A stretch of DNA of 35,158 nt from Candidatus Brevefilum sp. GTDB taxonomy: Bacteria > Chloroflexota > Anaerolineae > Anaerolineales > Anaerolineaceae. The number at the start of each line of letters is the position of its first letter. Within the stretch, counting starts at the first letter, position 1. Below are positions 1-8,659 of the stretch, in pieces. Made by a program: the position numbers and the translations under genes. The notes under the pieces are model-generated. The model was not told the DNA's origin and ran no database searches. It was given only the letters and a program-made list of their open reading frames with translations. The stretch spans positions 1 to 35,158 of the forward strand of contig SKPR01000145.1 of NCBI GenBank assembly GCA_007119455.1. The letters run 5' to 3'.

Positions 1-255
1 GAAAACCGTGTGGCCATGATTAAAGCGGATGTGGGATTTGATTCAGCCATTGTCGACCCCCATGGTCGGGTGCTGCAAAAGGTGATCTCACCCCAGGCCG
101 GCGTACTGGCCATCCTGGTGGCAGAGGTGCCCCTCAGCCCCGGAGGCACGCCTGTCATGCGATTGGGCGATTGGGTGGGCTGGATCGCCCTGGCCGGGCT
201 GGGGGCCTTCCACCTGGCGGACATCGGGATGACGTTAATGCGATCAAGAAAATAA
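1..255 (+). CDS. Partial (5' truncated) apolipoprotein N-acyltransferase-like / carbon-nitrogen hydrolase, C-terminal part
   Basis: Frame is open from base 1 (ENRVAMIKADVGFDSAIVDPHGRVL...), resembling the Lnt C-terminal 'RAIENR...SAIIDPYGR' segment, followed by 'TP..RLGDW.GW' and a final TM helix; stop TAA at 253-255. Confidence 0.65.
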   Translation, partial: ENRVAMIKADVGFDSAIVDPHGRVLQKVISPQAGVLAILVAEVPLSPGGTPVMRLGDWVGWIALAGLGAFHLADIGMTLMRSRK

Positions 256-394
256 ATCTGATGGGCGCAGGTATTGGTTTACGCTTTGGGGACTTGGTGG
301 TGAATGGTGAAGGGTGATTGTTCATCGTAAGGGCACGACAGGCGGGTGACAGCCGACCATACCCGTATCTCCGAATCGTCACCTCAACTGCGTT

Positions 395-1552
395 TCAGGG
401 TGCAGTATAGGTGATGATCAATATGATATCCTGGCCAAACCGGACCATGTCCGACACACCGTTGTTATTGGTCACCTGTTCGTTGAATTGCAACCGGAAC
501 TTCGCCCGGGGGCCGCCGGCATAACTCTGGACAGCCTCAACCAGGGCTTCTCCACCTTCTGTAGCTGTATCGAGTTCCCCGGTATTGCACCAGCGCATCA
601 AGGCGCCCAATGCTAAACCCGCAAACCAATCGCTGCTATCCAGGGTCCCATAATCCTGTTTGTACATGCGCAGGCAGCCCAGGCTGAACGGGTTCCCGAG
701 GGTATCATAATTGGTGAAATCGAACTCAACATGGGTGATGGTTGACCCTGCGGGAATTTCTGAGATATCAAAACTGATAAAGGCCTGGGACCCAACATTG
801 GCGCTGGTATCACCCACATTCCGGGGGGTTAACACCTGTCCATTTGATCGAACGCTGCCACTCTCTTCCACAACCAGTGATGCGGACATTTGGACAATCG
901 GTGGCGGCAGTACCACAACGGGGGTATCAGTCGGTGCAACGGCGACAATTTCAACCCAGAACGGACCGGATGCGAGGGCAAAGGCCTCACCCTGCGGGCT
1001 CCGCAATTCCCAGAAACCCTTATAGGTGCCGGCTGAAGCTGGTGCAACCAGGTCCACGGAGATATCAAGGGTTCCACCCGGTGCGACTGTGGAAGGTGTC
1101 AATTGCTGTGAGACCGGTCCGCCCATCTGATCGCCTGAGTTAAACACCAGCTGATAACCCGAACTCCAAGTACAGGACCCATCATTCCGCAGGCGCCAGG
1201 TCTTTGTGAAGGCCTGACCCACCATCATCTGGGTTCCGTCTGGAATGGTGACATCACTGACAAAAGAAGCCCGATTGCAGGGCTTCGTTGTGGGTGTGAT
1301 GGTGGGTTCAGGTTCTGGCGTGTCCGTAGGCATTGTTTCGGTTGTTTCTGTCGGTGTGGGTTCTTCCGTCTCATCCAAACTGGCTGAAAGGGTCGGATCA
1401 ACCAGCGCCAGTGCGGCCACCGTCTCAGCCGCAGCCGTTTGGGCAAATGATAGATCATCTTCCGCACCAAAGCCGGGCAATAAATTGCATGAGAGCATAG
1501 CCAGTGTTAAAACAAGAAATGGGAGAATCAATATTTTTATGTGTTTGAACAT
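395..1552 (-). CDS. Lipoprotein with NBR1-like Ig domain and a C-terminal beta-sandwich domain
   Basis: ATG 1552 preceded by AGGAGG; signal peptide with lipobox-like LAMLSC; Pro/Thr-rich linker; 'CNRASFVSDVTIPDGT...FTKTWRLRNDGSCTW...APASAGTYKGFWEL' is the NBR1-Ig motif set. Confidence 0.85.
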   Translation of the reverse strand: MFKHIKILILPFLVLTLAMLSCNLLPGFGAEDDLSFAQTAAAETVAALALVDPTLSASLDETEEPTPTETTETMPTDTPEPEPTITPTTKPCNRASFVSDVTIPDGTQMMVGQAFTKTWRLRNDGSCTWSSGYQLVFNSGDQMGGPVSQQLTPSTVAPGGTLDISVDLVAPASAGTYKGFWELRSPQGEAFALASGPFWVEIVAVAPTDTPVVVLPPPIVQMSASLVVEESGSVRSNGQVLTPRNVGDTSANVGSQAFISFDISEIPAGSTITHVEFDFTNYDTLGNPFSLGCLRMYKQDYGTLDSSDWFAGLALGALMRWCNTGELDTATEGGEALVEAVQSYAGGPRAKFRLQFNEQVTNNNGVSDMVRFGQDIILIITYTAP

Positions 1553-1784
1553 GTTAACCTCCTGCAGGCATGGGAAATCCATCGAACCCCCTGGTTCCCG
1601 ATTGAATACCGATAAATCAGCCTTTCCATAAGCTAAAACTACCTTTAAAAAAGTCAAAGGCCTATTTTATAATTATCACCTATTTACTTGACGGGAATCA
1701 AATTAATGAAGGAATCAATTTATTCTTGAAAGATTGACCCCCTGCTGATCATTTTTCAACCTTAACGGCCAAACCTGGTTGCTT

Positions 1785-2447
1785 TCAGGGCATCAAGACC
1801 AGCCTTGGCTCGAAGAAGAAGATCCAGCTCAATACAGCAAAAACGACTCCCAGCACAATAAACAACACACCGCTGGCATGGGCTTTTATGTCATATGGGA
1901 CGTCCGCCGACCGCAGACCCGGGATGGCCTTACGCAGCAACCGCACCCCGTCCTGTGACCCTGCCTGCAGGGTGACCTCGTGGAAGCGCAATTTGACCCA
2001 GACCGCCACCTGATGACCGTTCTTAACCAGGGTCAGCACCCGTTCGAGCCTGAGACCGCCCAGGAGGCCCCGTTTCTTATCCTCCCCAAGGCTGACGTCA
2101 TAACCCTGACTGCGAAACCCCTCCGCCAAGGAGACCTCAGTCTGCTCACCGCTCAGTCCATACACCAGGTAACCCCTGAAATACACGAGACAACCAACAA
2201 CGAGGGCCAGGTCAGCAACCAGCACCAGCCACATCCGCCAGTTGCCACCGGACGCGGCTTCAACAACTGTCAGATTTTCGAGTATGGACAGCCCGTTGGC
2301 CAGGAGTAGAGGCAGAAAGATGGCCAGGTACCAGCGTCGGTTGAGGACGCTCACCGGTTTGGCTAGGATCACCACACCCATGGCAACCAGAGCTACCACC
2401 GGAATCCCAAACAGGATCAATTGAAGGGTCTTAAGGATCTCGGTCAT
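1785..2447 (-). CDS. Hypothetical membrane protein (three N-terminal TM helices, soluble domain, C-terminal TM)
   Basis: 220-aa ORF with clear hydrophobic segments and upstream GGAAAG; no family recognised. Confidence 0.75.
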   Translation of the reverse strand: MTEILKTLQLILFGIPVVALVAMGVVILAKPVSVLNRRWYLAIFLPLLLANGLSILENLTVVEAASGGNWRMWLVLVADLALVVGCLVYFRGYLVYGLSGEQTEVSLAEGFRSQGYDVSLGEDKKRGLLGGLRLERVLTLVKNGHQVAVWVKLRFHEVTLQAGSQDGVRLLRKAIPGLRSADVPYDIKAHASGVLFIVLGVVFAVLSWIFFFEPRLVLMP

Positions 2448-2591
2448 CAGAACTTTCCCGGGGGTTGTTTGGTCAGGGACATGCCCAGGAGTCTACCACC
2501 ATTTATTCCAGGGTGTTAGCTGCCTGCCGGTTGATGCAGATTAATCAATAATAGCAGCAATGAAAGTTGTGATTGGGATGCTGATCGTGAC

Positions 2592-3470
2592 TCAACTCAA
2601 ACCATCAGGGTCGGCCAGGCTCCCCGTGATCTCATACATTCTGAAATCACAGACGGGGTGAAAGCCAATTTTCTTGTAGATGCTGTTTGAAGTCGGGTTA
2701 CTGAGATCGGTGAACAGATTCACAAACTGGTAGCCCTGGTCCAGGAGATGCTGGCTGAGGTGGGCCACCAGGGCTGTGGCATACCCCTGCCGCCGGTACT
2801 CTGGCGGGGTGTAGACCCCGCCAATCGTGACAGAATGAGCGATCGGCCGTAATTTAATGGCCATTGCGCGTGGTTGTCCCTTGTTTAACCAAACAAACAC
2901 GTTATCGTTTTCCACCAATCTTTCAGCACGTTCAAGGTCCAGGTCATTGCACTTCCCGATCGCTTCTTCCTCAAAAGCCTGGAGCCACACAGCGACAGTG
3001 GGAACGTCTTCTTCACGGGCACCCCAAAACTCCCCGGGTACTTGCTCAGGCATACGTACGCGACGCAATTCATACACCCGCTGATTCATGCCGACAGTAC
3101 TGTTTTCCAACTGAAGTCCCTTCCAGGTCTGGACAAAATGATCGGCAATCTCAACGGGTCCGATCACGCCGGGAATGGCAATCTGTTCTGCTTGCAGGTG
3201 AGCGATCAGGACCGAAATGCCCACATCAAATTGATCACCTCCGGCCAGGATCAGGTTATGGGGCGGAGTCATCACCGCGACCAGGACGATCTGGCCGGAT
3301 TCATCGGTAACAGTGGCAAAAAAGGGGTTCTTAAAAGCTTCCGGATCTTTGACCAGGCGTTCGCTAACCCCCAGAATTAAATTATTGACCGTTTCCTTCG
3401 TATAAAGGAATGGCCCGGCAACCTCAAGGAATTCAAAGGCATTTTTATAAAATGACAGGTTGATGTCCAT
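2592..3470 (-). CDS. GNAT family N-acetyltransferase (two-domain, FR47-like C-terminal domain)
   Basis: Acetyl-CoA motif 'VYTPPEYRRQGYATALV' and 'LFTDLSNPTSNSIYKKIGF'; RBS AAGGAAGG. Confidence 0.9.
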   Translation of the reverse strand: MDINLSFYKNAFEFLEVAGPFLYTKETVNNLILGVSERLVKDPEAFKNPFFATVTDESGQIVLVAVMTPPHNLILAGGDQFDVGISVLIAHLQAEQIAIPGVIGPVEIADHFVQTWKGLQLENSTVGMNQRVYELRRVRMPEQVPGEFWGAREEDVPTVAVWLQAFEEEAIGKCNDLDLERAERLVENDNVFVWLNKGQPRAMAIKLRPIAHSVTIGGVYTPPEYRRQGYATALVAHLSQHLLDQGYQFVNLFTDLSNPTSNSIYKKIGFHPVCDFRMYEITGSLADPDGLS

Positions 3471-3819
3471 GGTTCCCTTCCTTCTCCATCAGAAATTTGC
3501 AGATATTCTCTGGGTTGAGGGGCCTTTCTTCTATCAGCCAGTAATTACCGACCCAAGCAAAGCTAAGGTCTCAAAATAGTCACACAGAAAATCTTTTTAA
3601 TAGTTGGATGAGATGGTGTGAGATCTGTGTTCAGAAACCGCTCAACATAAGGGTTCTTTTCAATTGAGAGTATTGCACTATTATAAACAATCTTACATAA
3701 ACTTTCAACCGGTTATTAATCGATTTATTGTATGTCGAAATTCATGCGTGTAAATCACGGCTTAAAGTAAGAAGATCTCGGGTATTTTTTGGAATCAGAC
3801 GCCAGGCAGGCGACGGAAA

Positions 3820-3848
3820 TTGACAGGTATAATGAGATCAATTAAAAA
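3820..3848 (+). promoter_or_regulatory. Possible overlapping sigma70 promoters for the amphi-Trp/methyltransferase operon
   Basis: TTGACA (3820-3825) followed 2 nt later by TATAAT (3828-3833); TTGACA also lies 17 nt before TAAAAA (3843-3848). Confidence 0.35.
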
Positions 3849-3899
3849 TGTGGCAGACAAATTATCAATGATTTGAATCCAAAACAAAGGAGAAAAACA

Positions 3900-4172
3900 A
3901 TGGCGAAAAAAGTCCGATTATTCAGCCGCAAAGAACCTAAAAGCCGACAGGAGGCCAGTGAGTTTTTGTCCCAGTTAAGCGAGCGGCTCGCTGAAGGCCA
4001 GGTGACCCTGCGCCAGGCAGGGGAAGACCTCAACCTGGAAATCCCCCAAAATTTGCGGATGAAGGTCAAGGTCACGAAGAAACCCGAGCGGACCAATGGC
4101 GCCCGGCACAAGATGACACTGCAGCTCATCTGGCATGAGGGCGACCAGGACGAACCCCTGGCCCTGGGCTGA
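3900..4172 (+). CDS. Amphi-Trp domain-containing protein
   Basis: AGGAG RBS before ATG 3900; 'KSRQEASEFLSQLSERLAEGQVTL...LEIP...MKVKV...LQLIW' with C-terminal Trp is typical of amphi-Trp proteins. Confidence 0.85.
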   Translation: MAKKVRLFSRKEPKSRQEASEFLSQLSERLAEGQVTLRQAGEDLNLEIPQNLRMKVKVTKKPERTNGARHKMTLQLIWHEGDQDEPLALG

Positions 4173-4180
4173 ACCGACGG

Positions 4181-4927
4181 ATGAGCGCACCGGACAAGGC
4201 TGAACAACCTGAGCAACGCGTTCCCCTGGCGCAGGAAGCCTACGAAAAACTGGCAGAAGCCATATCTGCCCGCATCGATACCAAGCCGCATAATGCCTAC
4301 TACGAGCGGCCGGCCACCCTCTCGCTGCTGCCGGATGTAAACGGTTTACGGGTGCTGGATGCCGGCTGCGGACCGGGGGTTTATGCCGAGATCCTGGTCG
4401 GGATGGGGGCTGAGGTGGTGGCGGTGGACGCCAGCCCAAAGATGGTGAGCCTGGCCCGAGCCAGGCTGGGCGCCCGTGCCGAACTGATCCAGGCCAGCCT
4501 GGAGGAACCCCTCGAGTTTCTGGCAGATGAGCGCTTTGATGTGGTAATCAGTCCGCTGGTGATGGATTATGTTTTCGATTGGGGGGCGACCTTTAGCGAG
4601 TTCTACCGGGTGCTCAAACAGGGGGGAATCTTTGTTTTTTCAATGGAACATCCCATGCTCAAATATGAGGACCACCGCCAGACGAGCGATTATTTTGCGA
4701 CTGAACGGGTGGAATACACCTGGCGCGGCTTTGGCCAGCCGGTGTCTGTGCCCTCCTACCGGCGGCCTTTCCAGGATGTCTTCAACACCCTGGCTGAGGC
4801 CGGCTTCCGGCTGGAACGGGTGCTGGAACCCCTGCCGACAGAAGCGTTCAAAGCTGCTGACCCGGAGGGGTATGCGGAATTGATCTGTGAGCCGGCGTTC
4901 ATGTGCATCCGGGCGGTGAAGGATTAA
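4181..4927 (+). CDS. Class I SAM-dependent methyltransferase (small molecule)
   Basis: Motif I 'VLDAGCGPG', 'AVDASPKM', 'FDVVIS', 'RVLKQGGIF'; no DNA-MTase motif. Confidence 0.9.
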   Translation: MSAPDKAEQPEQRVPLAQEAYEKLAEAISARIDTKPHNAYYERPATLSLLPDVNGLRVLDAGCGPGVYAEILVGMGAEVVAVDASPKMVSLARARLGARAELIQASLEEPLEFLADERFDVVISPLVMDYVFDWGATFSEFYRVLKQGGIFVFSMEHPMLKYEDHRQTSDYFATERVEYTWRGFGQPVSVPSYRRPFQDVFNTLAEAGFRLERVLEPLPTEAFKAADPEGYAELICEPAFMCIRAVKD

Positions 4928-4981
4928 ATTTTTAAAGATTTACAAATCATTAAAAGGGGAGAAATATGCACATCAATGTGT

Positions 4982-5941
4982 TCAAATTGTAAACCCCCGC
5001 TGTAATCGCTGGCGGTGATCATAGCCCCGGGTGTGAGTTGAAAAGTAAGCAAACAGCTTTTCGGCGTCTTCCCCGGCTGGCTTTTCTGAGCACAAAAAGC
5101 GATAAACACCCTCCCAGGTCTGGCAGGAGAAGGTCCTGGTTGTATCCTGGCGTATCAAGGGAAAAAATTTTGATGTAATCGCCTTTTCCCGAGATTCCAG
5201 AACCAGGTTCACCAGGTGAAAATCAAAGCCAAGCTGGCTGGCCATCCAGGTTCCCAGCAGCCAGAAGCGCAGCAGCTCGTATTTTTTATTACGGATAGCC
5301 ACATTTGAAAAATCAGCCTGGAAGACAGACTCATACCAGCCGGCACCACCGGATTGGTAACCAGTTCGGACAGCGGGGTTGCTAGGTGTGGTCCGGTTGC
5401 CCGAGGTGAACTTGGCTTCGATGAAAAACAGGTGGCTATCGCTCAGGACGATTAAATCCGGTTCTGAACCACGGTTAATTTGCTCGCCAAACTCGCGCCG
5501 GGCGTCTGCCAGAATCGGGTAGAGGCCATTGTCAGACTGGGAATAACCCCAGTAGCAAATCCTTGACCCCGATACCTGACGACCAGTGATCGTTGAAAGA
5601 TAGGAATCCAAAAGGTCCGTTTTTTCCAGGAAGCGGAAGACATTCCATGAGAGGGCGTCTTCGCTGTTGTTGCGCGCCATGCGGCTTTCACGTTTGGTGG
5701 TGAAGATGCGGTTCAATAAAGCCAGGTCGCTTGGGTCTGTCCACAACAGGTTCTGGCGGAAATCCGTGTATTCAAAGGTGGAAGGGGAGATGAAAATGTT
5801 GTGATCGGGGCAGATGAAGTCCGGATGTGCCCTGAAACGCATCCGCTGCCGAGGGACGATGCGCCTGCAGCCCCTGACCGGGCAGGGTACGGTGTGTTCG
5901 GTGATGGGCAAATGGGGCTTGAGGTCAAGGAAGGTGAACAT
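4982..5941 (-). CDS. Putative PD-(D/E)XK nuclease with N-terminal Zn-finger (alternative GTG start at 5971)
   Basis: 'SEPDLIV..SHLFFIEAK' gives PD...EAK; upstream helix 'SEDALSWNVF'; downstream 'YELLR'; N-terminal CPVRGC...CPDH. Confidence 0.7.
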   Translation of the reverse strand: MFTFLDLKPHLPITEHTVPCPVRGCRRIVPRQRMRFRAHPDFICPDHNIFISPSTFEYTDFRQNLLWTDPSDLALLNRIFTTKRESRMARNNSEDALSWNVFRFLEKTDLLDSYLSTITGRQVSGSRICYWGYSQSDNGLYPILADARREFGEQINRGSEPDLIVLSDSHLFFIEAKFTSGNRTTPSNPAVRTGYQSGGAGWYESVFQADFSNVAIRNKKYELLRFWLLGTWMASQLGFDFHLVNLVLESREKAITSKFFPLIRQDTTRTFSCQTWEGVYRFLCSEKPAGEDAEKLFAYFSTHTRGYDHRQRLQRGFTI

Positions 5942-5954
5942 ATTGGTTCTTTCA

Positions 5955-7190
5955 CTATTTGCTATAGTCACTTAAATTTCCCATCTTCCTCTCCAAAACC
6001 CGCAAGACCGTTTTGCCCCCCAGCCAATCAGCGCGTTTCTTTCTACCCATATTCCTGGCATAATCCCATTTATAATGGCTGCGGTTGCGGAGATCTTCAA
6101 TGGGCGTGTTCGCGAGGGCGTTCCAACCACCTGTGAATCCGATCACGATCTTGTCCCCATGTTCCTGGCAGAGGGACACCAACTCGTCAAATTTGGCTGT
6201 CCCCGCCCAGTTTGCCTGTCGCTGCACCTGTGGTGTGCTGGCCGAAGAATACTGATGCCCCTGGTCTTTGGGTTTTTGCCTTACAATCCTGAGAAATTCT
6301 CCGCCAGGAATCCAATTGCGGCCTTCCTTTTTCCCAGTGCCCCCGCGAGCCTGATCCCATTTATAAAGCCTGTTTTCAAGGTAAACCCAGCTGCTGTTGC
6401 GCAGTTCTGTGATACCACCCATAAAGCCCACCACAATAGCATCACCTCGCTGCTCGCATAAATCAATCATCCTCTTGAAAGGCAACTTATCCTGGTAGTT
6501 TCTCCCATCAAATGTGCCTGAAGCGTGAGCATACTGGCGATTACGCGCGTGTTGCGAAGATTCATCGAGTATACACAGGCGTTGATGGATCACGCGCCAG
6601 GCATCCGGGTAAGGATCCGGGATGTCAGTTGACAGGTTTCCGAAGCTCAAGACTTTATCCGCAAATCTGACCAGCTTGTGCTGGGCACTGGCTGGCACGA
6701 GGTAGAGCAACCTGGCCTCCCGGCAGTCCGTGATCGCATCCCGGTGCGGGTCAATTCGTTTTTCAAGAATATAGCCGTACTTCCCTGATTCGATGGATGC
6801 ATCCCGCAGGATTTCAACATCACGGATGAGAAATGCCCCACCCTGACGGCGAACATCATCAAGTTTTTGGTGATAAATGGTATTTTGATCCGCATTGATT
6901 GATGTATCAGAGGTTTTTAGTTCCACGAATATGAGCATTGCGCGGGATGGGTTGATCATCAACCAGTCGATATTGGTCGATTGGCGGTTATCAGCTTTTT
7001 TAAGGGGAAATTCAGGACAGACCATGTGGATCTCACCCGAGAGATCCGGGTCATCCCTCAATGTTTCTGTCAGCACCTGTGGTAGGAACATGCTCAGAAT
7101 CGGTCCCACGGCACGCTCGATCTGCGCCTTGGGGATCATGGTGGCTTCCATGATGTGGTCCATCAAGGTCTCAATAAAGTCGGTCTGCAT
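5955..7190 (-). CDS. Putative PD-(D/E)XK nuclease with two C-terminal tandem repeats of an unknown ~73-aa module
   Basis: E60 (PEFP), D75 (NIDWL), E90-L-K92 and Q102xxxY106; repeats at aa ~231-303 and ~327-399; RBS GAAAGGGG before ATG 7190. Confidence 0.7.
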   Translation of the reverse strand: MQTDFIETLMDHIMEATMIPKAQIERAVGPILSMFLPQVLTETLRDDPDLSGEIHMVCPEFPLKKADNRQSTNIDWLMINPSRAMLIFVELKTSDTSINADQNTIYHQKLDDVRRQGGAFLIRDVEILRDASIESGKYGYILEKRIDPHRDAITDCREARLLYLVPASAQHKLVRFADKVLSFGNLSTDIPDPYPDAWRVIHQRLCILDESSQHARNRQYAHASGTFDGRNYQDKLPFKRMIDLCEQRGDAIVVGFMGGITELRNSSWVYLENRLYKWDQARGGTGKKEGRNWIPGGEFLRIVRQKPKDQGHQYSSASTPQVQRQANWAGTAKFDELVSLCQEHGDKIVIGFTGGWNALANTPIEDLRNRSHYKWDYARNMGRKKRADWLGGKTVLRVLERKMGNLSDYSK

Positions 7191-7299
7191 TATTTACCCC
7201 TTTCACAAGATCCTGCCAGTATCGGTCAGTCACCCCAGGTTAAAAAGACTGTTGGTGGCGTTATCCATCATTGCATCTACCGGCGTCTGACTTTTCAAA

Positions 7300-7308
7300 A
7301 TTATAACA
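7300..7308 (-). promoter_or_regulatory. Extended -10 promoter (TGtTATAAT) upstream of the nuclease pair
   Basis: Minus strand reads catgttataat, about 110 nt upstream of ATG 7190. Confidence 0.45.
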
Positions 7309-7339
7309 TGAGGGATTCTTCAAAAAAGGTTGCTATCCA

Positions 7340-7684
7340 TCAAATTGTGATCACCTTCTCTGCCTGCATCTGGGCTTCAACGATCTCGACCATGGTCCCC
7401 CTGCTGCCCACGGCCACCTGCTCCAGCAAGTCGTAGTAGCTGAGGCAGGTGCTGCAAACCGTCAGCCGGACGCCCTTGTCCGCCAGCAGTTTGAGCAGGT
7501 GCACAACCGGCGAACCTTCTACCACCAGGTGAACGCCTTCAGCATAAAAACAGATCTCAACCGGCTTTTGTGGGGCTTCGTTGAGGGTGCGCAGGTAACT
7601 CTGCATGAGGGTTATCTGCAGTTCAGGGTCGGCCTGGCCCATCCCCTTGCGGGTGACCAGGATGGTGGTGTTTTGCTGGGTCAT
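7340..7684 (-). CDS. DsrE/YedF-like sulfur-relay family protein
   Basis: GGAGG RBS before ATG 7684; 'GMGQADPELQITLMQSYL...ICFYAEGVHL...VCSTCLSYYDL...VAVG..GTM..IVE..M.AEKVITI' matches the DsrE domain of YedF-like proteins (CxxC). Confidence 0.85.
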   Translation of the reverse strand: MTQQNTTILVTRKGMGQADPELQITLMQSYLRTLNEAPQKPVEICFYAEGVHLVVEGSPVVHLLKLLADKGVRLTVCSTCLSYYDLLEQVAVGSRGTMVEIVEAQMQAEKVITI

Positions 7685-7788
7685 ATGTCCTCCAGGGGGG
7701 TCATTGAATCGGATCAACAGCGGATAGCGCCATGATAGCACCGGCATTATAATAATTTTTGATTCTATCACTGAAAGGAACCGACAAG

Positions 7789-8538
7789 ATGGGTGATTTA
7801 AACAGCGAATTATTCTGGGCCGTCCACCGGGATTTGCCGCGTGAGGGTCCGGGTGATACGGCAGCTACCCTGCGCGCCTTCAGGATGATGCCCGACCTGC
7901 CCCCTGATCCAACGATCCTTGATGTGGGCTGCGGACCAGGCGCGCAAACCGTGACACTGGCACAGGCCAGCAGAGGCAGGCTGATTGCTGTGGACACCCA
8001 CCGGCTATTCCTGGATGATCTGGTCAGGCGGACAAAATGGGCAGGCGTCAGCCAGCGTGTGCATCCAGCACGGATGTCGATGTTCAACCTGGGGTTCTCT
8101 CAGGGGTTTGACGTGGTGTGGTCCGAAGGGGCGATCTACATCATGGGTTTTGAAGAAGGGCTGCGCGCCTGGCGCGCGTTCCTCAAGCCTGGGGGATATG
8201 CTGCGGTGACGGAGGTCTCGTGGCTCAAGCCGGATCCGGCCCCCGACGCGGTCGCATTTTGGGCTGAGGCCTACCCCAAAATGGCCAGCGTTGAAGGCAA
8301 TCTGTCCCGGGTGAGGCGGGCAGGCTACCGTCCCATCGGTCACTTTACCCTGCCCCAAAGCGCCTGGTGGGGCGTTTACTTTACGCCCATGCTGGCGCGC
8401 ATTGCTGAGTTAAGGGACGCTTACCGGGGCAACCCGGAAGCTCAGGCCATCCTTGATGAGGAGGCAGCCGAAACAGACCTCTACCGCCAGCATGCGGATG
8501 ATTACGGGTATGTGTTTTATGTGATGCAAATGGAGTAA
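7789..8538 (+). CDS. Class I SAM-dependent methyltransferase
   Basis: 'LPREGPG', 'ILDVGCGPG', 'FDVVWSEGAIYIMGF', 'FLKPGG', C-terminal 'YGYVFY'; RBS AAAGGA. Confidence 0.9.
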   Translation: MGDLNSELFWAVHRDLPREGPGDTAATLRAFRMMPDLPPDPTILDVGCGPGAQTVTLAQASRGRLIAVDTHRLFLDDLVRRTKWAGVSQRVHPARMSMFNLGFSQGFDVVWSEGAIYIMGFEEGLRAWRAFLKPGGYAAVTEVSWLKPDPAPDAVAFWAEAYPKMASVEGNLSRVRRAGYRPIGHFTLPQSAWWGVYFTPMLARIAELRDAYRGNPEAQAILDEEAAETDLYRQHADDYGYVFYVMQME

Positions 8539-8659
8539 AAGCGGTGGCGGGGTTGCTGCTCTTGAAAGATCACCTCATCAAAGCGAAGCCTTAAAAATAC
8601 CCTGTGAAATAAAATTTTCAGACAGTCATTAAAATTTTGCCTGATCCTAAAGGTGAAGG

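Noticed and set aside
4181-8538. Methyltransferases flanking the nuclease pair as a restriction-modification system
   Set aside because: Both are short class I small-molecule MTases with no DPPY/NPPY or PC motif, and they lie on the opposite strand from the nuclease genes.
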